64,000 nucleotides of DNA from an uncultured Candidatus Marinamargulisbacteria bacterium (GTDB lineage: Bacteria; Margulisbacteria; Riflemargulisbacteria; GWF2-35-9; DYQY01), in the NCBI GenBank assembly GCA_964429235.1, contig CAYSAQ010000001.1, positions 266,045-330,044 on the forward strand, given 5' to 3'. Position 1 is the first letter of the stretch; every line of letters starts with the position of its first letter. The position numbers and the translations under genes are program-made. The notes below the pieces were generated by a model. That model worked only from the letters and a program-made list of their open reading frames with translations, did no database searches and was not told the origin of the DNA. This document shows positions 28,419-38,781 of the stretch, one piece after another.

Positions 28419-29465
28419 TTACACCCCTATTATATCTACTATCTCTTGGACAGAGTTACCTGCCTTATAAGTTTGAGTAGACATCTTTATTGCATTATCT
28501 GGATCTTTCAATCCATGCCCTGTCAAAGTACAAACAATAATATCACCATCTTTAAACATATCCTTCTTCTTAAGAATACCTGCAACAGATGCTGCAGAAG
28601 CTGGCTCACAAAAAACACCCTCTTTAGAAGCTAATATCTTAAACGCTGCCAATATCTCATCATCAGTAACAGCATCTATCAAACCACCAGATTCATCTCT
28701 AGCAGCTTCAGCTTGTTTCCAACTTGCAGGGTTCCCAATTCTAATTGCAGTTGCAACAGTCTCTGGATGTTCAAACCGTCTACCCTGTACTATTGGGCTT
28801 GAACCCTCTGCTTGAAACCCAATCATTTTTGGCAAAGATGATTTTCCTAATTTATTATATTCAGTATAGCCTTTCCAATAGGCAGTAATGTTTCCAGCAT
28901 TACCTACTGGTAAAGAATGATAAGTCGGAGCATCGCCTAAAGCATCAACAATCTCAAATGCTGCTGACTTTTGACCCTCTATTCGATAAGGATTGATAGA
29001 ATTAACCAATTCTATCGGATACTTTTCAGTAACCTCTTTAACTATCTCTAAAGCTTTATCAAAATTACCTGTGATTTCAATCACTAATGCATCATGCATC
29101 ATAGCTTGAGCTAATTTGCCTAAGGCAATCTTTCCTTCTGGAATAATAACAACAGACTTAATGCCTGCTCTCGCTGCATATGCAGAAGCTGATGCTGAGG
29201 TGTTACCTGTTGAAGCACACATAACAGCTTTCATCCCTTTTTCTACAGCTTTAGTAACAGCCATAGTCATTCCTCTATCTTTAAATGATCCTGTTGGGTT
29301 TAACCCCTCGTACTTAAAATATATTTTCACATCTTTTCCTATCAAAGATGGAATGTGTACTGCAGGAATCAAAGGGGTGTTCCCTTCATTCAAAGTGATG
29401 ATCTTTGTTGTATCTGAAACAGGCAGATACGCCCTATATCTATTAATCAATCCCATATAATGCAT
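28419..29465 (-). CDS. thrC: Threonine synthase
   Basis: PLP lysine motif SFKDRGMT and overall ThrC layout. Confidence 0.75.
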   Translation of the reverse strand: MHYMGLINRYRAYLPVSDTTKIITLNEGNTPLIPAVHIPSLIGKDVKIYFKYEGLNPTGSFKDRGMTMAVTKAVEKGMKAVMCASTGNTSASASAYAARAGIKSVVIIPEGKIALGKLAQAMMHDALVIEITGNFDKALEIVKEVTEKYPIELVNSINPYRIEGQKSAAFEIVDALGDAPTYHSLPVGNAGNITAYWKGYTEYNKLGKSSLPKMIGFQAEGSSPIVQGRRFEHPETVATAIRIGNPASWKQAEAARDESGGLIDAVTDDEILAAFKILASKEGVFCEPASAASVAGILKKKDMFKDGDIIVCTLTGHGLKDPDNAIKMSTQTYKAGNSVQEIVDIIGV

Positions 29466-29511
29466 GAACCTATTATAAAGGGAAAAGATAAAAGGGAAAA
29501 GGTAAAAGTAT

Positions 29512-29551
29512 TAGGAATAATAAAAATCCCCGCACCAACGGTACAGGGATT
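29512..29551 (-). terminator. Candidate intrinsic terminator downstream of pgi copy 1
   Basis: Minus strand: AATCCC stem (15-nt loop) GGGATT, then TTTTTATTATT. Confidence 0.35.
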
Positions 29552-29559
29552 GAAAATCT

Positions 29560-31251
29560 CTATTTTCCTTGTGCTTCACGAACCTTGTTAATCAACGCTA
29601 ATGTAGAAGGATCATGATCAGGACTAGGCTCATCAGCTTCAAAATCAGCAGCAACTGCTTTAGCCAATATCTTACCAAGCTCTACTCCCCATTGATCGAA
29701 ACTATAAACATCCCAAATAATGCCTTGAGTAAATATTTTATGCTCATACATTGCTAAAAGCATACCGAGTGTTTCCGGTGACAACTCCTCGGCCATCAAC
29801 ATATTACTTGGTTTATTTCCGTCAAAAGTTTTATGAGGGATTAGCTCTTCAGCACAACCTTCTGCTCTTAAAGCAGAAGCACTCTTACCAACCATCAGTG
29901 CTTCTGCCTGTGCAATTACATTAGCAAGCAAAATAGCTTGATGTCCGGTTAACCCATGTTTTTCTTTAAGAGTCGCTATGAAATCTACAGGAATTAATTT
30001 TGTTCCTTGATGAATTAACTGATAAAAAGCATGTTGACCATTTGCTCCTGGTTCTCCCCAAACAATAGGACCTGTCTCCCATTCAACTTGCTCTCCTTGT
30101 TTATTTTTACCTTTACCATTACTTTCCATATCTCCCTGCTGAAAATATGCTGCAAATCTACTTAACAACTGATTATACGGTAATATTGCGGTAGTCTGTG
30201 CACCACGAAAATTGTTATACCAAACACCTAATAAGGCCATAACCACAGGTATGTTTTTTTCTATTGGAGTATTCAGGAAATGCTTATCCATTTTCTGATA
30301 TCCAGAGAGTAGCTCAGCAAAGTTCTCTTTTCCTACTGAAATCATTACAGGTAAACCAATAGCCGAAGGAGTAGAATATCTGCCACCAACCCAAGACCAA
30401 AAAGGAAACATGTTTTCTTTATCTATGCCAAAAGCTGTAACCTTATCCGCTGATGTAGATGCAGCTACAAAATGCTTAGCGACATCTGTTTCAGTTCTTC
30501 CACTCTTTAAAAACCATGTTTTTGCAGAATTAGCATTAGTCATTGTTTCCTGCGTAGTGAAAGTTTTAGAAGCAATAACAAACATTGTAGTCTGTGGATC
30601 ACATTTTTCTAATACTGCCGCAAGATCAGCACCATCGACATTGGACACATAATGATTAGTTATTCCCTCTTGAGAATAAGGAGATAATGCTTCATTAACC
30701 ATCTTAGGCCCAAGGTCAGAACCACCAATGCCAATATTCACTATTGTCGTAATCTTTTTGCCAGTAGCACCTCTCCATTCACCACTTCTCACTTTGTCAG
30801 TAAAAACTCCCATTCTGTTCAGCACATCACAAACTTCAGGCATTACATCTTCTTCTATTCCATCTATATTTTTAGTAAATATTTGCGACAAAGGAACAAA
30901 TAAGCCATCTTTCATCTCAACATTTCTTAAAGCGATATGAAGAACTGCTCTTCCCTCAGTTTTATTAATTTGTTCACCAACAAACATTTTATTAGCCCAA
31001 CCTTTGACATCTACTTTCTCTGCTAAAGCAAATAATGCTTCCATTATTTCATCATTAACCTGATTCTTAGAAACATCTACAAATAACTGTCCCAGTTCAA
31101 AAGTTAACTTTTCTAATCTATTAGGATCGGCATCGAACTGCGCCTTAATATCCAGACCTTCAAATTTAGCTGAGAGCTCTTCAAGAGCTTTCCATTCAGG
31201 CAATTCATTTCTGTTTATAGTCTTCCCTACACTTACTACTTTATTCAACAT
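29560..31251 (-). CDS. pgi: Glucose-6-phosphate isomerase (copy 1)
   Basis: PGI signatures ([35 protein letters not shown]). 563 aa. Confidence 0.9.
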   Translation of the reverse strand: MLNKVVSVGKTINRNELPEWKALEELSAKFEGLDIKAQFDADPNRLEKLTFELGQLFVDVSKNQVNDEIMEALFALAEKVDVKGWANKMFVGEQINKTEGRAVLHIALRNVEMKDGLFVPLSQIFTKNIDGIEEDVMPEVCDVLNRMGVFTDKVRSGEWRGATGKKITTIVNIGIGGSDLGPKMVNEALSPYSQEGITNHYVSNVDGADLAAVLEKCDPQTTMFVIASKTFTTQETMTNANSAKTWFLKSGRTETDVAKHFVAASTSADKVTAFGIDKENMFPFWSWVGGRYSTPSAIGLPVMISVGKENFAELLSGYQKMDKHFLNTPIEKNIPVVMALLGVWYNNFRGAQTTAILPYNQLLSRFAAYFQQGDMESNGKGKNKQGEQVEWETGPIVWGEPGANGQHAFYQLIHQGTKLIPVDFIATLKEKHGLTGHQAILLANVIAQAEALMVGKSASALRAEGCAEELIPHKTFDGNKPSNMLMAEELSPETLGMLLAMYEHKIFTQGIIWDVYSFDQWGVELGKILAKAVAADFEADEPSPDHDPSTLALINKVREAQGK

Positions 31252-31383
31252 AAATACTCTCCTAATGATTTAATTAATTAATCAGTTAATTATCGGAAGT
31301 CATACAGAAAGATACATAGAAATTTTGTGTTATACGGAAGTTATTAGTAAACAGCCCCAACCATATAGGTCGGGGCAAAAAAA

Positions 31384-33009
31384 TTATTCACCTAAATACA
31401 TGTTAATAAGTGCTGTTGTAGATGGATCGTGATCCTCTGACTTACCATTATCGATATCTTCAAGAATATTTCCAGCCAACACTTTACCTAGCTGCACACC
31501 CCATTGATCAAAGCTGAGAACTTGCCAAACAATACCTTGTACGAAAACCTTATGCTCATACATAGAAATTAGCATTCCTAAATTTTTAGGAGATAATTCC
31601 TTGATAACAATAGCGGTACTTGGTCTATTACCATGAAAGGTTTTGTGATTAAGCAAATCATCAGGACAACCCTCTGCGATTAAGTCCTCAACTGACTTAC
31701 CATTCATAAGCGCCTCTTGTTGTGCAATAAAATTAGCAATTAATTTATCATGATGTTGAGTCTTATAAGGATGGGAAGGATTTATACATGCGATAAAGTC
31801 ACAAGGCACCAACTTAGTTCCTTGATGAATTAACTGATAAAAAGCATGCTGACCATTTGTTCCTGGTTCTCCCCATATAAGTGGACCAGTCTGATAATCA
31901 ACCCATTCTCCATCTCTAGTTGTAAACTTACCATTACTCTCCATATCTCCCTGTTGAAAATATGCAGGGAATCTTTCTAACCGCTGATCATAAGGAAGTA
32001 TTGCCATAGATTCAGTGTTTAAAAAATTGTTATACCAAATCCCTAATAGTGCTAAATTCATTGGAATATTTTTCTCAGCAGGAGTATTCAAAAAATGTTG
32101 ATCCATCACATTATACCCGCTTAATAATTCTGCATATGATTCAACTCCAATAGAAAGCATTATTGCTAACCCAATTGCTGATGTAGAAGAATACCTTCCT
32201 CCTACCCAATCCCAGAAAGGAAACATATTATCGGTATCTATCCCAAAAGCTGCAACTTCCTTTGAAGCTGTAGAAGCAGCCACGAAATGTTTAGCAACAT
32301 CATCACTCTTCATAGTCTTTAAAAACCATTCTTTAGCTGTATTTGCGTTCTGCATTGTTTCTTGAGTAGTAAATGTCTTTGAAGCAATAATAAAAAGAGT
32401 CTCTTCAGGATTACATTTATTAAGGGCTTCATAAATATCTTGGCCATCCACATTAGAAACAAATAAAAAGTTAATATCTTTTATTCTATTCTCTTCAAGA
32501 GAACGAACTATCATCTTAGGCCCTAAATCAGATCCACCGATACCGATATTTAATACTGTTGTAATCTTTTTGCCAGTAGCACCCTTCCATTCACCACATC
32601 TAACTTTATCAGTGAACACTCCCATTCTATCTAACACATCACAAACCTCAGGCATTACATCTTTACCATCAACTTTAATAACAGATAGAGGCTGAAACTT
32701 TCCATCTACGTATTTAACATTTCTCAACGCAATATGTAAAACCGCTCGATCCTCAGTTGTATTTATCTTTTCACCAAAAAACATTTTATTTGCCCAAGTC
32801 TCAACATCTGATGCTTTAGCAAGATCGTATAAAGCACCCATCACTTCAGAATCAACTAAGTTCTTAGAATAATCTAAATACAACTCATCCAAACTTAAAC
32901 TCATATCCTTTAGACGATTCTTGTCATTTTTAAACTCTTCACTAACAACAATTTCTTTTACCGATAACTCTTCTAATTTTCCCCACTCATTTGTCTCTGA
33001 AACTAACAT
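31384..33009 (-). CDS. pgi: Glucose-6-phosphate isomerase (copy 2, diverged tandem paralogue)
   Basis: The same PGI signatures are intact. Roughly 80% nucleotide identity to copy 1 in conserved stretches, with a divergent N-terminus. 541 aa. Confidence 0.85.
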   Translation of the reverse strand: MLVSETNEWGKLEELSVKEIVVSEEFKNDKNRLKDMSLSLDELYLDYSKNLVDSEVMGALYDLAKASDVETWANKMFFGEKINTTEDRAVLHIALRNVKYVDGKFQPLSVIKVDGKDVMPEVCDVLDRMGVFTDKVRCGEWKGATGKKITTVLNIGIGGSDLGPKMIVRSLEENRIKDINFLFVSNVDGQDIYEALNKCNPEETLFIIASKTFTTQETMQNANTAKEWFLKTMKSDDVAKHFVAASTASKEVAAFGIDTDNMFPFWDWVGGRYSSTSAIGLAIMLSIGVESYAELLSGYNVMDQHFLNTPAEKNIPMNLALLGIWYNNFLNTESMAILPYDQRLERFPAYFQQGDMESNGKFTTRDGEWVDYQTGPLIWGEPGTNGQHAFYQLIHQGTKLVPCDFIACINPSHPYKTQHHDKLIANFIAQQEALMNGKSVEDLIAEGCPDDLLNHKTFHGNRPSTAIVIKELSPKNLGMLISMYEHKVFVQGIVWQVLSFDQWGVQLGKVLAGNILEDIDNGKSEDHDPSTTALINMYLGE

Positions 33010-33097
33010 ATTTCCTCCTTATTTATCTATATACACATTATTTATTTGATTCCTGTTATTTTACATCAATCTATTAAATTTGAATATTTGAGTATTT

Positions 33098-34135
33098 CTA
33101 AATTATCATCATTGCATCCCCAAAACTAAAAAAACGATACTCATTCTTCTTTGCTTCTTCATAGGCTGAAAAAACATTATCTCGTCCTACTAAGGCTGAA
33201 ATCATTAAAAGCAATGAAGACTTAGGCAAATGGAAGTTTGTAATAATTCCATCAATTACTTTAAAATCAAACCCTGGATATATAAACACATCAGTACTTC
33301 CTTGCCCGGCCACTAAAGACTGCTTCGCCGCATATACACCTTCCAGTACCCTCGTAGATGTAGTGCCAACAGCAATTACTCTTCCTTTATTACTTTTCAC
33401 TTCATTAATTTTATCAATTGTCTGCTGTGGTAATTCATAACGTTCACTATGCATCTTATGCTCAAGATAGTTATCACACTTAATTGGACGGAAAGTGCCT
33501 ATTCCAACATATAGCGTTAAAAACGCTATAGAAACTCCCTTTTTTTCTAATTTAACTAGTAGTTCATCACTAAAATGTAATCCCGCAGTAGGGGCTGCGA
33601 CAGCGCCTTGTTTCTTGGCGAAGACAGTTTGATACTTTTTCTTATAGAAATCTTCTTTTTGCTCATCGTACTCTATATAGGGAGGCAAAGGTATCTGACC
33701 ACAACTATCAATTGCTTCAGAAAAATCTCCTTCTAGATTAAAACGAACTAATCGTTTCCCTTCATCTAGAACATCAACAACTTCTGCAGAGAAGGTATCT
33801 GTAAAATTAACGATAGTTCCAATCTTTAACCCTGGCTTTACTAGGGCTTCCCAAAGCAACTCATCACCAACACTCTTTTCTTCTAATAAAAAAACTTCTG
33901 CTTTCCCACCTGTAGGCTTCTTCCCTAATAAACGTGCTGGTATTACTTTAGTGTCGTTAAATACTAATAAATCATCCGAAGTTAGCATATCTTCTAGCTC
34001 ATAAAAAGAGTGATGCGTTATGTCACTAGTGTTCTTATCAAGAACCAAGAGTTTGGAGTCATGTCTTTTATCTACAGGTAATTGCGCAATAAACTCCCTC
34101 GGAAGCTCAAAATCATAACTACTTATTGAATACAT
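33098..34135 (-). CDS. queA: S-adenosylmethionine:tRNA ribosyltransferase-isomerase QueA
   Basis: N-terminal YDFELPREFIAQ.P...R..SKLLVL, typical of QueA. 345 aa. Confidence 0.8.
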   Translation of the reverse strand: MYSISSYDFELPREFIAQLPVDKRHDSKLLVLDKNTSDITHHSFYELEDMLTSDDLLVFNDTKVIPARLLGKKPTGGKAEVFLLEEKSVGDELLWEALVKPGLKIGTIVNFTDTFSAEVVDVLDEGKRLVRFNLEGDFSEAIDSCGQIPLPPYIEYDEQKEDFYKKKYQTVFAKKQGAVAAPTAGLHFSDELLVKLEKKGVSIAFLTLYVGIGTFRPIKCDNYLEHKMHSERYELPQQTIDKINEVKSNKGRVIAVGTTSTRVLEGVYAAKQSLVAGQGSTDVFIYPGFDFKVIDGIITNFHLPKSSLLLMISALVGRDNVFSAYEEAKKNEYRFFSFGDAMMII

Positions 34136-34136
34136 A

Positions 34137-35699
34137 CTATTTCTTTTTTTTAGGAATAATAACTGTGAAAACAGAACCTTGCTCAGGAAGGCTATTTACT
34201 GAAATCTCAGCGCCATGTAAATCTAGCACGTTCTTAACGATAGGAAGCCCTAGGCCAGTACCTTCATATAGCTTAGTAAGAGAATTATCAACTTGCCTAA
34301 ATTTATCAAAGATAATACTCTGCTCTTCTTCTGTCATACCAATACCAGTATCTTCTACTTCTATAACCATTTGCTCACTGTCAGCAGAAATTTCAATTGT
34401 TACTTGCCCATCTTTTGTAAACTTAATAGCATTTGATATTAAATTAGAAAAAACGCTTTCCATCTTATCTTCATCTACATCAATTAATAAATCCTTCTTA
34501 GTAGTACCTGCATCTACATTAATAGATATCCCAATATTCTTATTATCTGCTAATACTTTCATCTTTTTCACGGTATTCTTTATAATTTCTGCCAAATCAA
34601 CAGACTCAATCTGCAACATAGTATTTCCGGACTCTATTTCACTAAGCAATAATAACTTATTAATAATCTTTAATAATGAAAGACTGTTCTCGTGAGCAAT
34701 TTTAAGGAAGCTTGCCTGTGTCGGCGCGATATTGCCATAATTCAACACAATCTCTACATAACCAAGAATACTTGTTAATGGCGTTCTTAGTTCATGTGAT
34801 ATATTTTGAAGAAACTGATCCTTAAGCTCATCAAGAACCATAAGCTGAGTATTCTTATCCTCAAGCTCTCTGGTTTTCTCGTCTACTATTTTCTCAATAT
34901 TATCAATATGGTCCTTTAGCTGAATATCAATTTCCAACAATCTATCAATCATTCCATTAAAAGCTTCAGCTAAATGGCTAAACTCCTTATTACTTGTAAC
35001 ATGAACTCTTGTGTTAAAATCGCCTTCTTTAATACTCTCTATTGATCTTAAGAATTTTCTGTAAGGAGTATAAAAGTTTCTTATATAGAAATAAACCAAA
35101 GAACCAAATCCAAATAAAATAAAGAAACCAAGTGCTCCTAGATAAAAAACTAATAACTTCTCATAAGACAATGTTCTTTGTCTAAATACATAAGAAACAT
35201 CTGTATAATTTTCATTTGCTATTTTACTAAGCTCTGAAAGTATATTATCTTCTAATACTCTTAGCTTATTTAGCGCTATCGCTTTTTGATGAACTGGTAA
35301 CCTTTTTTCAAATAAAACTTGTATCAAGTCTCTTGCCTGTAAATATGCCTCATATTCTTTTTGCATATCTGATAGGCTAGTGCTTCCATATTTATTAGAG
35401 TTTCTTAGAAAAATATAAAATTGATAATCTAAACTATTAACTAAGTGAACAAACTCTGTCTTTGCTTGTAAAGAAGGAGTACTTGAATACTTATACGACA
35501 GATAAAACAGTCTAGATACTGATGAATATATATTTTGAATCGAATTAGTATTATAGGCATAAAAAGCTAACTTTTTATCCATGTTTCTATCATTTTGAAA
35601 ATTAGAAAATAGAGCAGCCGCTGATACCAAAAAAAACATAAAAAACAGCGATATTATAAAAAAGAACTTAAATCTAAAGGATATTATTTTTCTATTCAT
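34137..35699 (-). CDS. Sensor histidine kinase (2 TM, HAMP, HisKA, HATPase_c); no response regulator adjacent
   Basis: H-box ISHELRTPLTSILGY, G-boxes DTGIGM and GTGLGLPIV, and two TM helices flanking a periplasmic domain. Confidence 0.8.
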   Translation of the reverse strand: MNRKIISFRFKFFFIISLFFMFFLVSAAALFSNFQNDRNMDKKLAFYAYNTNSIQNIYSSVSRLFYLSYKYSSTPSLQAKTEFVHLVNSLDYQFYIFLRNSNKYGSTSLSDMQKEYEAYLQARDLIQVLFEKRLPVHQKAIALNKLRVLEDNILSELSKIANENYTDVSYVFRQRTLSYEKLLVFYLGALGFFILFGFGSLVYFYIRNFYTPYRKFLRSIESIKEGDFNTRVHVTSNKEFSHLAEAFNGMIDRLLEIDIQLKDHIDNIEKIVDEKTRELEDKNTQLMVLDELKDQFLQNISHELRTPLTSILGYVEIVLNYGNIAPTQASFLKIAHENSLSLLKIINKLLLLSEIESGNTMLQIESVDLAEIIKNTVKKMKVLADNKNIGISINVDAGTTKKDLLIDVDEDKMESVFSNLISNAIKFTKDGQVTIEISADSEQMVIEVEDTGIGMTEEEQSIIFDKFRQVDNSLTKLYEGTGLGLPIVKNVLDLHGAEISVNSLPEQGSVFTVIIPKKKK

Positions 35700-35770
35700 A
35701 TTTAAATTATATTTACTTTACTGAAAAAGTAAACGTAAACCTCTTCCTACAGGCAAAAGCCCATGATTAT

Positions 35771-36721
35771 TTATATATTATTTACAATAGAACTAGCTTC
35801 TTTTCCTTCAAGTATCAATGATACTTGTGTGGCTACTTCAATTGAAACATTTATTTTAGCATCTTTTGTCGCTGCCCCTATATGTGGAGTAGTGATAATG
35901 TTCTTCACTCCAATCAAAGGGTTTGTGCCATTTACGGGTTCTTCTGAGTAAACATCAGTTGCCGCAATAGCAATCTTACCAGACTCTACAGCATGCTTCA
36001 AATCTTCTTCCTCAACTATTCCACCACGGGAACAATTTACTAAACATACGCCATCCTTCATCTTGGTAATATTCTCTGCATTAATAAGGCCTATTGTATC
36101 CTCTGTTTTAGGAACATGAATGGTTATAAAATCAGAATTGGAAAGAAGTTCATCTATTGTCTGGAAAGAGATAGACTCCTTTTGCATTTCTTCTTCACTT
36201 ATATATGGATCACAAGCTAATACCTTCATTCCAAGACAATTAGCATAACTAGCAACCCTTTTGCCAATCTTACCTAAACCAATAACGCCTAATGTCTTTC
36301 CATTAAGCTCGGTTCCTAAGAAAGCTGATCTATTCCATTCTCCACTTTGTAAACTAATATGAGATAGTGATACTTTTCTTGCAACATCAAGCAGCAACGC
36401 CAATGTTAATTCTGCAGTTGATGAAGTATTAGCATTGGGAGTATTTACTACTGATATGCCTTTACTAGTAGCAGCCTGCATATCTATATTATCAACACCA
36501 ACACCAGCTCTTCCAATAACTTTCAGATTATTTGCAGCTTTTATGACCTTTGCAGTAACTTGAGTCTCACTACGTACAATTAATGCATTGTATTTTGGAA
36601 TCGAAGAAACTAACTCTTCTTCAGATAAGCCAGTAATAATATCTACTGAAAATTTATCTTTGAGGATATCAATCCCTTGTACAGAAATCTTATCACTAAT
36701 TAATATTTTAATTTTATTCAT
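35771..36721 (-). CDS. D-isomer-specific 2-hydroxyacid dehydrogenase (SerA-like phosphoglycerate dehydrogenase)
   Basis: NAD-binding GVIGLGKIGKRVA and the catalytic R/E/H region. 316 aa. Confidence 0.7.
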   Translation of the reverse strand: MNKIKILISDKISVQGIDILKDKFSVDIITGLSEEELVSSIPKYNALIVRSETQVTAKVIKAANNLKVIGRAGVGVDNIDMQAATSKGISVVNTPNANTSSTAELTLALLLDVARKVSLSHISLQSGEWNRSAFLGTELNGKTLGVIGLGKIGKRVASYANCLGMKVLACDPYISEEEMQKESISFQTIDELLSNSDFITIHVPKTEDTIGLINAENITKMKDGVCLVNCSRGGIVEEEDLKHAVESGKIAIAATDVYSEEPVNGTNPLIGVKNIITTPHIGAATKDAKINVSIEVATQVSLILEGKEASSIVNNI

Positions 36722-36746
36722 CAGTTCTACTCTATATGTAATTTAG

Positions 36747-36772
36747 TGAAAAAAAAAGCACCCAATGGGTGC
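36747..36772 (-). terminator. Intrinsic terminator after rpsI
   Basis: gcacc-caatg-ggtgc hairpin preceded on the plus strand by a 9-nt A-tract, which is the U-tract on the minus strand. Confidence 0.6.
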
Positions 36773-36780
36773 TTTTTGAT

Positions 36781-37185
36781 TTATCTTTTTCGGTACTGAG
36801 TACCTTTTCTTGCTTTCTTCTTACCATATTTCTTTCTCTCAACGATTCTATCATCTCGAGTAAGTAATCCTTCTGTCTTTAACAAAGGTCTATATTCTTC
36901 AGAAATAATGTTTAATGCTTTAGCAATGCCATGCATTACGGCATCAACTTGACCACTAATGCCTCCACCAGAAACTGAAGATATAACATCATATCTATCA
37001 TTAGTCTTAGTAAGAAGTAATGGCTTTAATAATTTTGTTCTTTGAGTAATAGAAACATTCAAATCTTCCAAACTCTTCTTATTAATAACAATCTTCCCAG
37101 TTCCAGGAATTAACCATACCTTAGCAATGGCTTCTTTCCTTTTACCAGTAGCATAATATTTAACTTGTTTACTCTTATCTGCCAT
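36781..37185 (-). CDS. rpsI: 30S ribosomal protein S9
   Basis: Conserved S9 sequence with the characteristic basic C-terminus (ARKGTQYRKR). Confidence 0.9.
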   Translation of the reverse strand: MADKSKQVKYYATGKRKEAIAKVWLIPGTGKIVINKKSLEDLNVSITQRTKLLKPLLLTKTNDRYDVISSVSGGGISGQVDAVMHGIAKALNIISEEYRPLLKTEGLLTRDDRIVERKKYGKKKARKGTQYRKR

Positions 37186-37204
37186 ATGATTCTCCTTCTA
37201 TATC

Positions 37205-37645
37205 CTATAAATCTAACTTAGTTGGTTTTTGTGCTTCATGCTCGTGCTGTTCTCCAGCATATACATGTAACTTTTTATACATTGCTCTACCAATACGACC
37301 TTTAGGCAACATCCTTCTAATCGCTTCTTCTAATACTCTTTCAGGTTTTTCAGTAATCATTTTAGCAAAATTAGTTGTAGTAATTCCACCTGGGTATCCT
37401 GAATACTTATGATATAACTTGTTCTCATATTTTCTTCCAGACACTTTCACTTTACTTGCATTTAGAACTATAACATTATCTCCATTATCCATTGTTGGCT
37501 GAAATGTTGCTTTGTGTTTACCTCTAAGAATTGATGCAATCTGTGACGATATTCTTCCTAATGCTTTTCCTTGTACATCAACTGTCACCCATTGTCTGTC
37601 TATCTTTTTGCTAGATAAATAATAAGTATCAAATTTATTTCTCAT
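37205..37645 (-). CDS. rplM: 50S ribosomal protein L13
   Basis: Conserved L13 sequence. Confidence 0.9.
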   Translation of the reverse strand: MRNKFDTYYLSSKKIDRQWVTVDVQGKALGRISSQIASILRGKHKATFQPTMDNGDNVIVLNASKVKVSGRKYENKLYHKYSGYPGGITTTNFAKMITEKPERVLEEAIRRMLPKGRIGRAMYKKLHVYAGEQHEHEAQKPTKLDL

Positions 37646-38423
37646 CTTCTGTTCCTTTCGTATCTCTTATATATTCTACATGTGTTAAGAACAATCCTTG
37701 TGCAGGAGCCATCTGCCAAAGATATCTTTTATTAGCTGTAACAATATCACTAAACTCTTGTTTAGTTAAATTATCTTCTAATGCAGCTAACAATAATCCT
37801 ACTATTCTCCGAACCATGTTATGTAAAAACCCATTAGCTCTAACTCTAAACAAATAACTATCGCCTTTAATACCTAATAAAGAATATTCAGACAGGTGTA
37901 CCGCAGCCATCATAATCTCTCTTATAGTATTTTCATATTTATCTGAAGATTTGCAAAATAATGCAAAATCTTTTTCTCCAATTAAACACTCACAATAATC
38001 ATTTACTCTTTCAATATCCATGTTGCGAACATGCAACATATGTTTATTTAAAAAAACTTTCTTTTCACCAGTATAAAACCAGTATTCATATTCTCTCCAA
38101 GAAGCATGTCTTCTCGGATCAAACGATTTGGCAACATCTTCAACTGAATTAATAACAATACTATTGCTATTTATACAGCTGTTAAGAACATCTTTTAGTT
38201 TAATTAAGGGAATCTTCCCCTGATCAACAAAAGATATTATCTGACCTTCAGCATGAACACCTCTATCAGTTCTTCCAGCGTAAGAAACCTTCACATCTTT
38301 CTGATAAAATTCAGAAAAAGATTTCTCAAGCATAGATTGAACTGTGGGTTCAAACTGAGTTTGCCGTTGCATACCATAAAAAACTTCACCATCATAACTG
38401 ATATGAAGTTTTAAGGTACGCAC
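37635..38423 (-). CDS. truA: tRNA pseudouridine(38-40) synthase TruA
   Basis: Catalytic motif GRTDRGVHA. 262 aa. Confidence 0.8.
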   Translation of the reverse strand: MRTLKLHISYDGEVFYGMQRQTQFEPTVQSMLEKSFSEFYQKDVKVSYAGRTDRGVHAEGQIISFVDQGKIPLIKLKDVLNSCINSNSIVINSVEDVAKSFDPRRHASWREYEYWFYTGEKKVFLNKHMLHVRNMDIERVNDYCECLIGEKDFALFCKSSDKYENTIREIMMAAVHLSEYSLLGIKGDSYLFRVRANGFLHNMVRRIVGLLLAALEDNLTKQEFSDIVTANKRYLWQMAPAQGLFLTHVEYIRDTKGTEDEK

Positions 38424-38425
38424 TT

Positions 38426-38776
38426 TTAAATTAATTCAAGTATCGATATACTCGCAGCATCGCCACGGCGTATCCCAAATTTAACTATACGAGTGTATCC
38501 ACCCGGTCTTTCTTTATATGTTTCAACAACATCATTAAATACTATGTCTACGATTTTCTTGTCCTGAAGCATTTTGAATACTTCTCTTCGTGCATGGACA
38601 TCGTTTCCTTTAGCTTTAGTAATTATTCTTTCAACATATTTACTTACTTCTTTAGCTCTAGCATCTGTCATTTTAACTTGCTTATGCTCAAATAATGCTT
38701 TTGCACCATTTTTAATTAAAGCTATTCTTTGGTCTGTAGGTAATCCTAATTTATTATTTCCCTTTTTATGTCTCAT
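38426..38776 (-). CDS. rplQ: 50S ribosomal protein L17
   Basis: MRHKKG..., GGYTRIVK and RRGD motifs. Confidence 0.9.
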   Translation of the reverse strand: MRHKKGNNKLGLPTDQRIALIKNGAKALFEHKQVKMTDARAKEVSKYVERIITKAKGNDVHARREVFKMLQDKKIVDIVFNDVVETYKERPGGYTRIVKFGIRRGDAASISILELI

Positions 38777-38781
38777 TTGTC

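Noticed and set aside
31352-31386. Hairpin gccccgacc-tatat-ggttggggc immediately after the pgi-2 stop, as a terminator.
   Set aside because: On the transcribed strand the U-tract precedes the stem rather than following it (only a UGUUUACU tail follows). Mentioned under the pgi finding but not called as a terminator feature.
35700-35770. Hairpin tttact-gaaaa-agtaaa between the sensor kinase and the dehydrogenase, as a possible terminator.
   Set aside because: AT-only 6-bp stem with no U-tract on the relevant strand; too weak.
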